Of a stretch of 64,000 bases of DNA, positions 1 through 9,888 are shown piece by piece (positions within the stretch are counted from its first letter, which is position 1; each line of letters starts with the position of its first letter). The position numbers were made by a program, and so were the translations under genes. The stretch is from Candidatus Latescibacterota bacterium (GTDB lineage: Bacteria; Latescibacterota; UBA2968; UBA8231). Under the pieces are notes generated by a model. It saw nothing but the letters and a program-made list of their open reading frames with translations, had not been told where the DNA came from and made no database searches. The stretch covers positions 320,001 to 384,000 of the forward strand of contig CBDETK010000013.1 in NCBI GenBank assembly GCA_965242865.1, read 5' to 3'.

Positions 1-262
1 CGTTGATCTGTTCGTTGGTCTGGTCAATTCGCTCGCTCATCTCGGTGCGTAGGTCGTCAATCCGCCCGTTCATCTCGGTACGTAGGTCGTCAATCCGCCC
101 GTTGGTCTGCTCAATCCGCTGACCCATCTCGGTGCGTAGGTCGTCAATCCGCCCGTGTACTTGGCGGACGTCTTGACGCAGGTCTTGAATATCCTCGCGC
201 AGGAAGCTCAACGCGAGGGTGGATTCCGTCGGCTGGACGGGCTTGGGGGCTTGATCGGCCAT
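1..262 (-). CDS. Coiled-coil repeat protein (DUF1640/CCDC90-like), 3' end outside window
   Basis: Hand translation from ATG 262 (GGAGG RBS at 271-275): MADQAPKPVQPTESTLALSFLREDIQDLRQDVRQVHGRIDDLRTEMGQRIEQTNGRIDDLRTEMNGRIDDLRTEMSERIDQTNEQIN; not in the ORF track because it is partial. Confidence 0.7.
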   Translation of the reverse strand, partial: MADQAPKPVQPTESTLALSFLREDIQDLRQDVRQVHGRIDDLRTEMGQRIEQTNGRIDDLRTEMNGRIDDLRTEMSERIDQTNEQIN

Positions 263-421
263 GAGAAGTTCCTCCGTTGATAAATGTAGGGGACGACTTC
301 GCACCTGCAAAAAGCAGGCCACGCCTAAGTCACCGCCCGCTCCCTCTGGTAGAAGTATATGCCGTATGCCTCATGTATGCCTTTGTGGAAACGACCCTGT
401 TCCTCAGAGGTAACAGCCCCT

Positions 422-961
422 TCATTTGACCAAGGTGGCAATTTGCTTGAACTCCGCCGTCCCCGCCTCCTGTAGCAATTCAAATAGACCCATTTCCACC
501 GCTGTGATCTGTGCGCCAGCGGCCGCCATTTTTTGCAGTCCCAGTGCCTTGTTCTCAGGGGTGCGCGAGGAGACCGCGTCGGCGACGACTTCGACTTGGT
601 ACCCTGAGCCGAGCAAATCGCGGGCAGTTTGATAGACGCAGATGTGGCTTTCGATCCCGGCCAACAGGATCTGGCGTCGGCCAGTCTGGCGCAGTTGGGT
701 TTGGAAAGCACTCAGGCCCCAGGCACTAAAGCAGGTCTTGGCCAGCGGTTTTTGGCCGGAGAGCAGGTCGGCGACCTCGGGAATGGTGGGACCAAGCCCT
801 TGGGGATATTGCTCCAGCCACAGGATGGGCAGCTTTAGAACCTGGGCGCCCTTGACGAGAATCTGTAGCTGGCAATAGAGGGCCTCGCGCTCGTGCATCA
901 GCGAGGCCAGCTTGCCCTGAATGTCGATGAGGACGAGCGCGGTGTGGTCGCGGTTGAGCAT
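422..961 (-). CDS. Isochorismatase-family hydrolase
   Basis: LVLIDIQGKL, EQYPQGLGPT, KTCFS, GIESHICVYQT motifs. Confidence 0.9.
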   Translation of the reverse strand: MLNRDHTALVLIDIQGKLASLMHEREALYCQLQILVKGAQVLKLPILWLEQYPQGLGPTIPEVADLLSGQKPLAKTCFSAWGLSAFQTQLRQTGRRQILLAGIESHICVYQTARDLLGSGYQVEVVADAVSSRTPENKALGLQKMAAAGAQITAVEMGLFELLQEAGTAEFKQIATLVK

Positions 962-2106
962 TAGATGTACCCGGTCGAGCCGTCGGGAAGCGTCGGGCTG
1001 GAGCGTTCCCAGTGGATGTATTCGTCGCCGGCAATGGCTTCTTCATTGACCTCAACGCCGAGCCCCGGCCGGTCCGGCCGCAACTCGAGATAGCCGTCTT
1101 TGGGCAGATACGGTTCGTCAACCCAGTCGTTCCATTCAGACTCGGTCGGCAGGAGGTATTCGAGGATTTTGAAGTTGGGCGCCGAAGCGCAGAAGTGCAG
1201 ATTGACCGCTGTCGCCAACGGCCCCATGGGATTGTGCGGAGCGATGCTGATGTAGTGGGCTTCGGCAAGGGCGTTGATCTTGCGCATTTCGAGCAGGCCG
1301 CCGCAGACGCAGATGTCGGGTTGGATAATATCGGCGCCTTGGTTGGCGATTAGATCGAGAAACTCAAAGCGGGCGTACAGACTCTCGCCGGTGGCCAACG
1401 GCACCTGCAGTTGCGACTTGAGGCTGGTCCACGCTGGAATGTGCTCGGGGCGCAGCGGCTCTTCGTAGAACAGGGGGTCGTACGGCGCAAGGGCGTTGGC
1501 TAGCTGCAAGGCGCGAATCGGCTCAAAAATTTTGGCGTGCGGGTCAAAGGCAAATTCCCAGTCGTCGGGGCAGCCAACGCGCAATTCCTCAAAGTACTGG
1601 GCCGCGGCCCGGCAGACCCGGCCCCAGCGATGGGCGTCTGGACTGAGTCGGTACGGGCTGGTTTTGAAGGCGGTGAAGCCATATTCCTCGTTCAGCCGCC
1701 GAGCTTGGTCGGCGGCCTCTTGGCCGTCGCGGCCCCCGATGGAGCGATAGACGCGCACCCGGTCGCGGGCGTGGCCGCCCAAGAGCTGATAGACCGGGAC
1801 GCCCGCGGCTTTGCCGGAGATGTCCCACAGCGCGTGGTCAATGCCGGAGATGGCCGACAGGCCGATCCCGCCCGGTGGAAAGCGGAACTGCTGGTGCAGC
1901 TTCATCATGATGAACTCGACCCGCCGCGGGTCAATGCCCTTGATTAGCTCAAAGCAGTAATCAACGGTTGGCCCCACGGCGAGATCTGGGCCGATGGAGT
2001 AGGTCTCGCCCCAGCCCGTGATGCCCTCGTCGGTCTCGACTTTGACCAAGACGCGGGGGCGGTTGCCGAAGCGGGCGACGCTGGGGGTGATGGCGGTAAT
2101 TTTCAC
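961..2106 (-). CDS. Enolase-superfamily acid-sugar dehydratase (galactonate dehydratase-like)
   Basis: Likely GTG start at 2106 (VKITAIT); GWGE, ALWDISGKAAGVPVYQLLGG, EEP, ATGE, IIQPD, APHNP motifs. Confidence 0.88.
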   Translation of the reverse strand: MKITAITPSVARFGNRPRVLVKVETDEGITGWGETYSIGPDLAVGPTVDYCFELIKGIDPRRVEFIMMKLHQQFRFPPGGIGLSAISGIDHALWDISGKAAGVPVYQLLGGHARDRVRVYRSIGGRDGQEAADQARRLNEEYGFTAFKTSPYRLSPDAHRWGRVCRAAAQYFEELRVGCPDDWEFAFDPHAKIFEPIRALQLANALAPYDPLFYEEPLRPEHIPAWTSLKSQLQVPLATGESLYARFEFLDLIANQGADIIQPDICVCGGLLEMRKINALAEAHYISIAPHNPMGPLATAVNLHFCASAPNFKILEYLLPTESEWNDWVDEPYLPKDGYLELRPDRPGLGVEVNEEAIAGDEYIHWERSSPTLPDGSTGYI

Positions 2107-2117
2107 GGCGGGCCTCG

Positions 2118-3491
2118 CTATTGAAAGAAAAGGGGGTACGGGGCGTTTTCGGCTTCGCGTTTGATCAGGTTCATCAGCTCCATGGCGTGGTAGTCGCCCC
2201 ACATGGCTGCCTCGCCGCACGGCATGGCGCGGCCTGGGGGCACGTAGTCCCAGCCGTTGGGCCGATGGTAAATCGCGTGCAGGGTAATGCCTTGGTGTTG
2301 GGGATCGACCGCGAGGTACGGTTCCTCCAAGAGGGCGCGGGCAATGGTAAAGGCCGCGGCGCGATAGCGCGTCCCCCGCGCCCGATCGCCCTTGGACACA
2401 TAGTAATTGCCCAAGCGCAAATACCCTTGGCCGCAGACAGCCGCGGCCGAGCTGTCGAGCGGTTCGACGTCGTTGTACGGGTCGGAGGGCGCGTCGGTTA
2501 TCGCGCCAAAAGAGGCGACCCCGGGCGCGCCCGTATCCCAAAACGGCACGCCGTCGGCAAAGCTGTTGGCGATGTGGAATTCCGCGGTGGCTACGGCGGC
2601 TTTTTCCATGGTTTGCACGATGTCGGCCTTGGCGCCGAAAGGCTCGACGTCGGCCTCGCTGAGCGCGGCGAAATACTCTAGCTGCTCGGCGTAGCCGGCC
2701 AGCACCCACGACAGCCCGCGCGTCCAAGTCGAAAACGGGGTGTAGCCCTGTTGGGTGCTGGGGCAGCGGTACTGGCCGTCGCGGATGTTGAAGATGGATT
2801 CGTGGGCCACCCGGCCGGGCACGTCAAACGCATCGCGTCCCTCGCCGTAATAGACGTTGAACCGGGCGTTGGTCTGGGCGTGTTCAATCAAGCGGCCGAG
2901 CAGGCTGACGCGCTCGTCGCCCTCGCCCATCAGCGCGTGGCCTAGCTGGTGGGCGGTCCCCAAGATGCGCAGCGAGCGCATGGTGTCGGCAAAGAGCGAA
3001 TGCGGGCCGTTGAAGGAGTGGATAAAACCCGAGCCGTACGCGGTTTCGGTCCAGCGCGCGGCCTGCACGGCACCGGACAGCTTGATGGCCAACTCGTAAA
3101 AGTCTAGCTCGCGCGGGTCGTGCGGAATGCGGCCTTCGAGCATCAGGCGGCGCAAGTTGCCATACGTGGAGAGGTTGTTAAAGCCGTGGTCGTGGACGCC
3201 GACATGCGAGACGTGCGGTGCCATCTGCGCGATGGTGCGGTCGCGGCCGAGCGCGAGAAAGCACTCGTCGTCGGCCATGTCGTACTGGAGTATGGCGCAG
3301 CCGTATTGGAATCCTTGGGTCCACTCGGTCCAGCCGCGGGTGGTGTAACGCCCCTGCTGGGTAAAGACCGGGGTGCCGCGCTCTGGGTCCCAAGTGCGGT
3401 CGAGATCGAGAATTTTGGCGCCGGTAAGGGCTAAAAAGCGTTGGATTGCCGGAAGGAGCTTTTGGGCGTTTAGAGCTTGGTCGGGTTTCAC
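2118..3491 (-). CDS. GH88-like unsaturated glucuronyl hydrolase
   Basis: WTQGF, HDHGF, WTRGLSW, DSSAAA, WGDY motifs typical of GH88. Confidence 0.8.
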   Translation of the reverse strand: MKPDQALNAQKLLPAIQRFLALTGAKILDLDRTWDPERGTPVFTQQGRYTTRGWTEWTQGFQYGCAILQYDMADDECFLALGRDRTIAQMAPHVSHVGVHDHGFNNLSTYGNLRRLMLEGRIPHDPRELDFYELAIKLSGAVQAARWTETAYGSGFIHSFNGPHSLFADTMRSLRILGTAHQLGHALMGEGDERVSLLGRLIEHAQTNARFNVYYGEGRDAFDVPGRVAHESIFNIRDGQYRCPSTQQGYTPFSTWTRGLSWVLAGYAEQLEYFAALSEADVEPFGAKADIVQTMEKAAVATAEFHIANSFADGVPFWDTGAPGVASFGAITDAPSDPYNDVEPLDSSAAAVCGQGYLRLGNYYVSKGDRARGTRYRAAAFTIARALLEEPYLAVDPQHQGITLHAIYHRPNGWDYVPPGRAMPCGEAAMWGDYHAMELMNLIKREAENAPYPLFFQ

Positions 3492-3618
3492 AGCGGCGGT
3501 TCCTCCTGTTGGGCAGCGAGAAGATAGGAGGGGGGCGGGGGTGGGTCAATGCGGGTTGGTCGGGCGTTGGTCGCTTGCTTATTTTTTCGCCGCACAACCG
3601 AGGCCAAGGAGCAAGCAC

Positions 3619-6132
3619 GTGAGCATACCGAGTGAAGGCATTGCCTTAAAAGTATCCGAAACCGCGGGCATTACCCGCCGAAAGTACCCTCTGACGAGGG
3701 GCGTCCCCTTGCCCCAAGGCACTCGCCTCGAGGCCCTGTCTTTGCAGGACGCACAGGGCCGAGAGGTGCCGCTGCAACTACGGGTCTTGGGCCGCTGGCC
3801 GGACGACAGCGCGAAGTGGGTGTTGTTGGACTTTCAGGCCGACGTGGAAGCGGGCCAAGAGGCCGTGTACACCTTGCAATCCACAAAGGAGCCAAACGCC
3901 GCGGCGAGGGGGCGCGGCGTGGAAATCGCCGAGCGGGAAGACCGCTTTGAGGTGTGTACCGGCCCCCTGCGATTTGGCGTTGGCAAAAAGGCATTCGCGC
4001 TTTTTGACGGGGTGGAGCTAGGGCAGCGTGTCGCCGCCGTCGAAGTGCTCCCGCGGGGCGGCGGCGACGCTTGGGCCAAAATATCCGAGTCCGAGTTCGC
4101 CGGCGGAACCCAGCGGCGCATCTTCGGAATGGGGGGCCGCTGTTTGGCGTCAGCGGGTGCGGAAGAATACGCTGTCGAAATCGAAGAGGCCGGTCCCTTG
4201 CGGGCGGTGATTTGCTGCCGCGGGGCCTACGAATCAATCGCGCCGATGCACCACTACGCCGGCTATCGCCCGCTGCGCTTTGCGACCCGGATCTACGCCT
4301 ATGCCGGCAAGGCGCAGGTGCGGGTGGTCCATACCGTGGTCGCGACCTGCAATCCGCGCGAGACCGAGGTCGAGGAGCTGGGCTTGCGCGTCCCGCTCTC
4401 GCCCGCAGGCCGCGGCACTTGGCGCGTCGGGGCCGAGCGGGTCCTAACCGGGCCTTGGGTACCCGAGCGCTACGCATTGCTCTCGCAGCGGCTGGACAAT
4501 CACTTCTGTTGGGAGGAGTACGAAGGCGTTGAGCGCACCGTGCGGGCCGAGGGCGAGCGCGCGGCTGGCTGGATTTGCGCCGAAAACGACCGCGGCGGCG
4601 TTGGCGTCGCGCTGCGCTACATGGCCGAGGAGTATCCCAAGGCCCTCGGCGTCGGCCCCCAAGGCGTTGATATTTTTTTCTGGCGCGACCCAGCCGGCCG
4701 CCGGCTCAGTTTCAAACGCTACGCCGAGGAAGTTGCTTGGCACGAAGGCGAAGGGGTCTATGCCGACGGCACGGGCACGGCAAAGAGCAGCGAATTTTTC
4801 GTGGACTTTTTTCGCGCCGGGTCCGCCAGCCCCGAGCGGTTGCAGGGCCTTTTGCACCCGCCACAGGTGAGCGTCGCGCCGGATTGGGTGGTGCGGACCG
4901 GGGCGGTCGGCGGCTTGGCCACCGGCGCGGAGTTTCCGCGCTCCGACCGCATGTTGACGGGCTTTGTCGCTTGGCTGGAAGGGCACATCGAGCGTTATCG
5001 CTGGAAGGGGTTTTTCGATTGGGGCGACGTGATGGCCACTTGGGAAGAGGGCGCGGGCGGCTGGCGTTTTAAGGGCCGCTGGGGTTGGTGCAACAGCGAA
5101 TGGGACCCGCGCCACGCCGTGTGGTTGCAGTACTTGCGCACGGGCGACGGGCACTACTACGCGCTCGGCGAGGCCATGACCCGGCACTCGCTAGACGTAG
5201 ATACCTGCCACTATCACCCGTTTCGGCCTTACATGGTCGGCGGCAGCTTCCGCCACAGCATGGACCACTTTGGCGACGAGCCGTGCGCTTCGCACACCTT
5301 CATCGACAACTGGGTCGATTACTACTACTTGAGCGGTGACGAGCGGGCGCGGGAGGTGTTGCGCGAGGCCGGGGAATTTTTCCTGCGCTACCGCTGGAGC
5401 GAGGACCCGCGGTACAGCTTCAGCTTGCGCTCCATCGGCAACGCGCTGCGGGGCTTGCTCTACCTGTACGAGCTAACCGGCCAAGCGCGCTTTATGCGCC
5501 GAGCCGAAGCGGTGTACGACGCCGTGGCGCGCGGCCAAAACCCAGACGGCAGTTGGCACAAGCGATTCCAAGTAGCTACGGCGGACAAACGGCCAGACCA
5601 AGGGCCGTACGGCATGGCGACCGAGGGCACGACCCTCGCAGTGGAAATGGGCGCGGCCGCCCCGTTTAGCGACGAAGAGTACCGCGCGCTGGGGGGCAGC
5701 TTTAGCTCGTTGAGGCGGGTTTTGCCCTACGAGGAGCAAAAGGGCTATCAGACTCACTATTTGCTGGTCGGGTTGGAGCGGCTCCACAGAATGACCGAGC
5801 GCACGGATGTGGCCGAGGTCTTCGTGCGGGCGGTCGATTGGTTTTGCGGCGGCCCAGACGTCTTCAACGCCGAGGTGGCCTGCGCCCAAAGCTACCACGG
5901 CGTCCTGTGCGGCTCGTTGGCGTACGCTTGGCGGCTGACCGGCAAGCAGGGCTATCTAAAGATGGGGCGCGCGGTGCTCGCCGAGTTGATCGCCCAGCAG
6001 GACTGGAGCGACCGGCCGGATTACCGGGGCGCGGTCGCCATGCACCCTACCGCGTTGAGCTTAGTGTTCTTTGGGGTGCCGCCGCTTTTGGGGGCACTCG
6101 CAGAAGCAGACTTGGAGGAAATACCATGCTAG
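3619..6132 (+). CDS. Exo-rhamnogalacturonan lyase-like protein (PL26/YetA-like)
   Basis: GTG start after AAGGAG; GVPLPQG...WPDDSAKW N-terminus, WKGFFDWGDVM, WCNSE, MTRHSLDVD motifs. Confidence 0.7.
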   Translation: MSIPSEGIALKVSETAGITRRKYPLTRGVPLPQGTRLEALSLQDAQGREVPLQLRVLGRWPDDSAKWVLLDFQADVEAGQEAVYTLQSTKEPNAAARGRGVEIAEREDRFEVCTGPLRFGVGKKAFALFDGVELGQRVAAVEVLPRGGGDAWAKISESEFAGGTQRRIFGMGGRCLASAGAEEYAVEIEEAGPLRAVICCRGAYESIAPMHHYAGYRPLRFATRIYAYAGKAQVRVVHTVVATCNPRETEVEELGLRVPLSPAGRGTWRVGAERVLTGPWVPERYALLSQRLDNHFCWEEYEGVERTVRAEGERAAGWICAENDRGGVGVALRYMAEEYPKALGVGPQGVDIFFWRDPAGRRLSFKRYAEEVAWHEGEGVYADGTGTAKSSEFFVDFFRAGSASPERLQGLLHPPQVSVAPDWVVRTGAVGGLATGAEFPRSDRMLTGFVAWLEGHIERYRWKGFFDWGDVMATWEEGAGGWRFKGRWGWCNSEWDPRHAVWLQYLRTGDGHYYALGEAMTRHSLDVDTCHYHPFRPYMVGGSFRHSMDHFGDEPCASHTFIDNWVDYYYLSGDERAREVLREAGEFFLRYRWSEDPRYSFSLRSIGNALRGLLYLYELTGQARFMRRAEAVYDAVARGQNPDGSWHKRFQVATADKRPDQGPYGMATEGTTLAVEMGAAAPFSDEEYRALGGSFSSLRRVLPYEEQKGYQTHYLLVGLERLHRMTERTDVAEVFVRAVDWFCGGPDVFNAEVACAQSYHGVLCGSLAYAWRLTGKQGYLKMGRAVLAELIAQQDWSDRPDYRGAVAMHPTALSLVFFGVPPLLGALAEADLEEIPC

Positions 6133-7619
6133 CGCAACCCAACATCATCCTGATCATGACCGACCAACAGCGCTTCGACTCGATCGGCGCTTGGGGCTAC
6201 GACCACGCGATCACGCCGGCCATGGACCGCTTGGCGGCCGAAGGGCTTTCCTTCCGCAATGCCTTTTGCCCGGGCGCGACCTGCATTGCCTCGCGGGCGG
6301 CGATTTTCACGGGGATGTACCCGCACAATACCGGCGTGTACAGCTTTGACCACTGGGCCAGTCACCGCAATTGGGTCCAAGACCTCAACGACGCGGGGTA
6401 TCACTGCGTCAACATCGGCAAGATGCACTTTGCGCCGCGCGATGTCGCCGGAGGCTTCCACGAGCGGGTCATCGTGGAAAACCCCACCAGCCGATACCTC
6501 CACTCGGGCAGTGCCGACGACGATTGGGGCCGCTATCTGCGGCTTCACGGCTTAGAACGGCCCAACGACCGCAACAAAACCGACCCCGATTGGCTGCGGA
6601 AATACCAAGGCGTCCCTTGGCACTTGGAAGAGCGCTTTCACTCGGATGTCTTTATCGGCGACTCGGCCCTTGCTTGGATTCGCGCGTACCAGGGCCGGTT
6701 TCCGTTTTTCTTGCAAATAGGTTTTACCGGCCCGCACGAGCCGTGGGATCCCCTGCCGAGGCATCTGGAGCAATACGCGGGCCGGCCAATGCCTCCGTGC
6801 GTGCTGCGCGATGGCGAGCTAGCGGACAAGCCGCCCCAGCACGAGGCCCAGCGAACCACGCACGCGACGACCGAGCACGAGTCCGCGATCGACATGTACT
6901 CGCCCAGCGAAGAGGACATCGCCCGCATGCGGCGGCACTACTACGCCAAAATCACCACGGTAGATGAGAAGTTAGGCGAGGTCCTCGACGCGCTTGAGGC
7001 GCGGGGCTTTTTGGACAACAGCCTGCTGGTCTTCTGCTCGGATCACGGCGAACTGCTGGGCGATCACGGGCTGGCGTACAAATGGCTGATGTACGACCCG
7101 GTGGTACACGTGCCCCTGATTGTGCGCGACAGCACTCGGGCGCAACAGGGCGGCCAAACCAACGACTTGGTTTCGCTGATGGATTTGGGGCCGACGGTCC
7201 TAGAAGCGGCTGGCGTGGAGGTGCCCAGCTATCTAGAGGGACGCTCGTTGCGGCCCTACTTGGAGGGGTCCGCAGATTGCACGCCGCGCAAGTGGGTGTT
7301 CAGCGAGGACAACTATCAGGTGATGATGCGCGGCCAGCGGCACAAAATGGTCTATTACATCGGCCAAGATCAGGGCGAGCTATACGACTTGGAACAGGAC
7401 CCGCACGAACTGTGGAACCTTTGGGGCCGAGCCGAGCACCACGCCCTGCAAAACGAGTTGCTGGCCCACCTGCTTCGCTGGCTCGCCGCGAGCACGTACT
7501 ACAATGCGGGCTACCGCCGCCAGCGCAGCCGGCAGTACGCGATGCGCTGGCCGCGCCCGGACGACGCGTTTTTACACGGGGCACGGGGCCGGCCGGTGCC
7601 GCGGTCGTTTGACCTCTAA
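6126..7619 (+). CDS. Sulfatase (S1, formylglycine-dependent)
   Basis: PNIILIMTDQQRFD, CIASRAAIFTG (CxAxR), GKMH, SDHG, ELYDL..DP.E. Confidence 0.92.
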   Translation: MLAQPNIILIMTDQQRFDSIGAWGYDHAITPAMDRLAAEGLSFRNAFCPGATCIASRAAIFTGMYPHNTGVYSFDHWASHRNWVQDLNDAGYHCVNIGKMHFAPRDVAGGFHERVIVENPTSRYLHSGSADDDWGRYLRLHGLERPNDRNKTDPDWLRKYQGVPWHLEERFHSDVFIGDSALAWIRAYQGRFPFFLQIGFTGPHEPWDPLPRHLEQYAGRPMPPCVLRDGELADKPPQHEAQRTTHATTEHESAIDMYSPSEEDIARMRRHYYAKITTVDEKLGEVLDALEARGFLDNSLLVFCSDHGELLGDHGLAYKWLMYDPVVHVPLIVRDSTRAQQGGQTNDLVSLMDLGPTVLEAAGVEVPSYLEGRSLRPYLEGSADCTPRKWVFSEDNYQVMMRGQRHKMVYYIGQDQGELYDLEQDPHELWNLWGRAEHHALQNELLAHLLRWLAASTYYNAGYRRQRSRQYAMRWPRPDDAFLHGARGRPVPRSFDL

Positions 7620-9112
7620 ACCATTCCTGTACGGGACGGGCGCGGCCCTTTGCCTGCTCCTAGGGGCGGGGTTGCGCTTTGCGGGGCTGACGCGGGGCAC
7701 CAGCGACTTTGTCTTGCCCGAGGCGCGGCAGCAGGGTGTTGAGCGGGCTTTTTATACCTTTCACCCCGATGATGTTGGTGCCGTTTTCCTTAGCCGATAT
7801 GCACACGGTGCCGCATCTCCACCACTGGACCCACCTTTGGCCCCAAGCGGTGGGCTGGCCGCTAACTATTGGGTTCGCCGGGGGGTTGCTCTGGGTGCTG
7901 TGGCATCGCCCGCGGGGCGCACTGCCCGCGCTCGTCTGGTGTCTGATTTCCCTAGCAATGATAGGCGGTCTGCACACCAAGTACATCCGCTACGTACTGC
8001 CCCTATTGCCTTTGCTGAGTCTTTTTGCCGCCGGTCTTTGTCAGGTGCTCTGGCGACGCCACAAGCTGGTCGGCGGTGCCGTTACAGCGGCCTTCTTGGG
8101 TTATACGGCTTTCTACGGGCTGGCCTTTACCCGCATCTACCTCGAAGAGGACAGCCGGATTCAGGCCGGCCGCTTTGTCGCCGCCCATGCCGAGGACGGG
8201 GCGCGAATCGGTGTGGAAAACGGGGGGTTTAGCATGAAGCCGCTAATTTCGGATGGCACTATCCCCTTGAACGCTCAGCTACTCTTTTGGATGCGTCATT
8301 ACCTGAGTTGTACGGCAGCGGCCGAAGTCCTTTGGAATAGAGTAAAGCGAATGGACTATATCGCCGCTGTTGATGTCAACCGCTATCGCCAGTTCGTGGC
8401 CGTACCGGAATTGCTCCCCGTCGCCCATTCATTTTACCGGAGTCTGTGGGGCGGCGAACTGGGGTTTGAACGAATGAATCGCTTCAAGGTCTATCCCCAC
8501 ATGTTCGGAGTCACCCTGATGGACGACGATGCCGAAGTCTCGTTTTTGGGCTTCGACCATCCGGCCGTGCTCGTTTTCCGTCGGTACGCTAGTGGAGAGG
8601 AACTGGACTGGACTTCTTGGCAACAGCAATTCTTGCAGGATGAACGCTGCGCCGACCGCCTGCTCGCCCAAGCTGCCGATCACTTCCGCGCAGGTGCCTA
8701 TCACAAGACGCTGGCGGCACTCGACTTGGCCCTCGCGTCCTACCCTCAGATGCACTACTCGCATTTGTTGCAGGCTTTTGCTTACGAGCAAATCGGGGCC
8801 GAGAAATCCAAGCTCCACAGCGGCGCAAAATTTGTGGCTGGCTACGACGAAGGAAACGGTTTCCTAGTGCCTTGGGCGACAGCGGCCACCTCACTAACCC
8901 TCGGCCTGCCCGATGTGGCACTTTCCGCCCTGCACCACGGGGTCCAGCTAAACGAGCCGCTAACGGACGCGGAAAGTGACCAAATGGCCACCTCCTATCT
9001 CTACGCCGGCCGACAAGCACAGGAGCTTGGCTATTTGAGCCAAGCCGACGAAATCTACGACATGGCCGCTGCTTTGCGGCCGACCGCGAAGGAAATGCCG
9101 GTTGAAGAATGA
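7609..9112 (+). pseudogene. ArnT/PMT(GT39)-like membrane glycosyltransferase with TPR-like tail, apparently internally deleted and frameshifted
   Basis: Frame 1 gives LLGAGLRFAGLTRG...FHPDD (family N-terminus). Near 7770 the sequence jumps in another frame to late helices (TKYIRYVLPLLPLL); the middle TM region is absent. Confidence 0.5.
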
Positions 9113-9122
9113 GCCGACCGAC

Positions 9123-9806
9123 TTATTTCCGGCTAGCTAAGAAGCTGGCGAGGAGATCAACGGCGGCGGTCCGGGCTATTTTGCCGGTGTTGATCGTCAA
9201 GTCGTAGAGTAGGGGATCGTTCCAGTCGGCTTGGTGGAAGTTGCGCAGGTAGCTCTGACGCCATTGGTCGTGTTGCTCGATGAGTTTCTGCGCTTGCTCG
9301 CGATCTACGTCGCGGCTTTGGATCAATCGTTCGATCCGCGTTTCGAGCGGGGCGATGATTTTGACGTGGTAGGCATTGGGATGATCGGCGAGGATGACTT
9401 GGCTGGCCCGGCCGACGATGACGGCTTGGCCGCTTTGGCCAAAATCCTGCACCAAGGTCGTGATGAGCAACTGATACGTGCCCCGGTCGAGGTACGTCGC
9501 TTCGCCGACCTCGTGCTCGCGTATATGGGGAAACTCGAGTCCAAACTCGGGTGCATAAGCGGCAGCCGATAGGGGAAACGCCCCGGGAGCGACTTCGGGC
9601 ACGAGCAATTTCTTGAGAAAAAACCGGAGCCGACCCTCCCCCTTTTCGTCGTAGCGCTCCACCTCTTCAACCGAGGTGTCGGTGATGCTGGCGATCTCTT
9701 CGACGAGGCGGCGGTCTATGAATTCGTAGTCTAGCTTGGTAGCCAACTGCTCGGCGATCCAGTCGCCAAAGCTGCCGAGCTGACGGGCAACCGTGATGAC
9801 AGTCAT
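9123..9806 (-). CDS. Cytidylate kinase-like family protein
   Basis: VITVARQLGSFG P-loop variant, VIVGR, YDLTINT. Confidence 0.85.
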   Translation of the reverse strand: MTVITVARQLGSFGDWIAEQLATKLDYEFIDRRLVEEIASITDTSVEEVERYDEKGEGRLRFFLKKLLVPEVAPGAFPLSAAAYAPEFGLEFPHIREHEVGEATYLDRGTYQLLITTLVQDFGQSGQAVIVGRASQVILADHPNAYHVKIIAPLETRIERLIQSRDVDREQAQKLIEQHDQWRQSYLRNFHQADWNDPLLYDLTINTGKIARTAAVDLLASFLASRK

Positions 9807-9888
9807 AGCGAGTCTCTTCTCAAATGCCAGCCAGATGCCAGCTTGTACTCATCTTGAACTAGAGTATAAAAGGCAGGCATTCTCCGTG

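Noticed and set aside
2107-2727. Long N-terminal extension of ORF 961..2727 (similarly for 3373, 5838, 21957, 30480, 38692)
   Set aside because: Extensions overlap neighbouring genes or are non-homologous GC-rich open frames; downstream starts match the family N-termini
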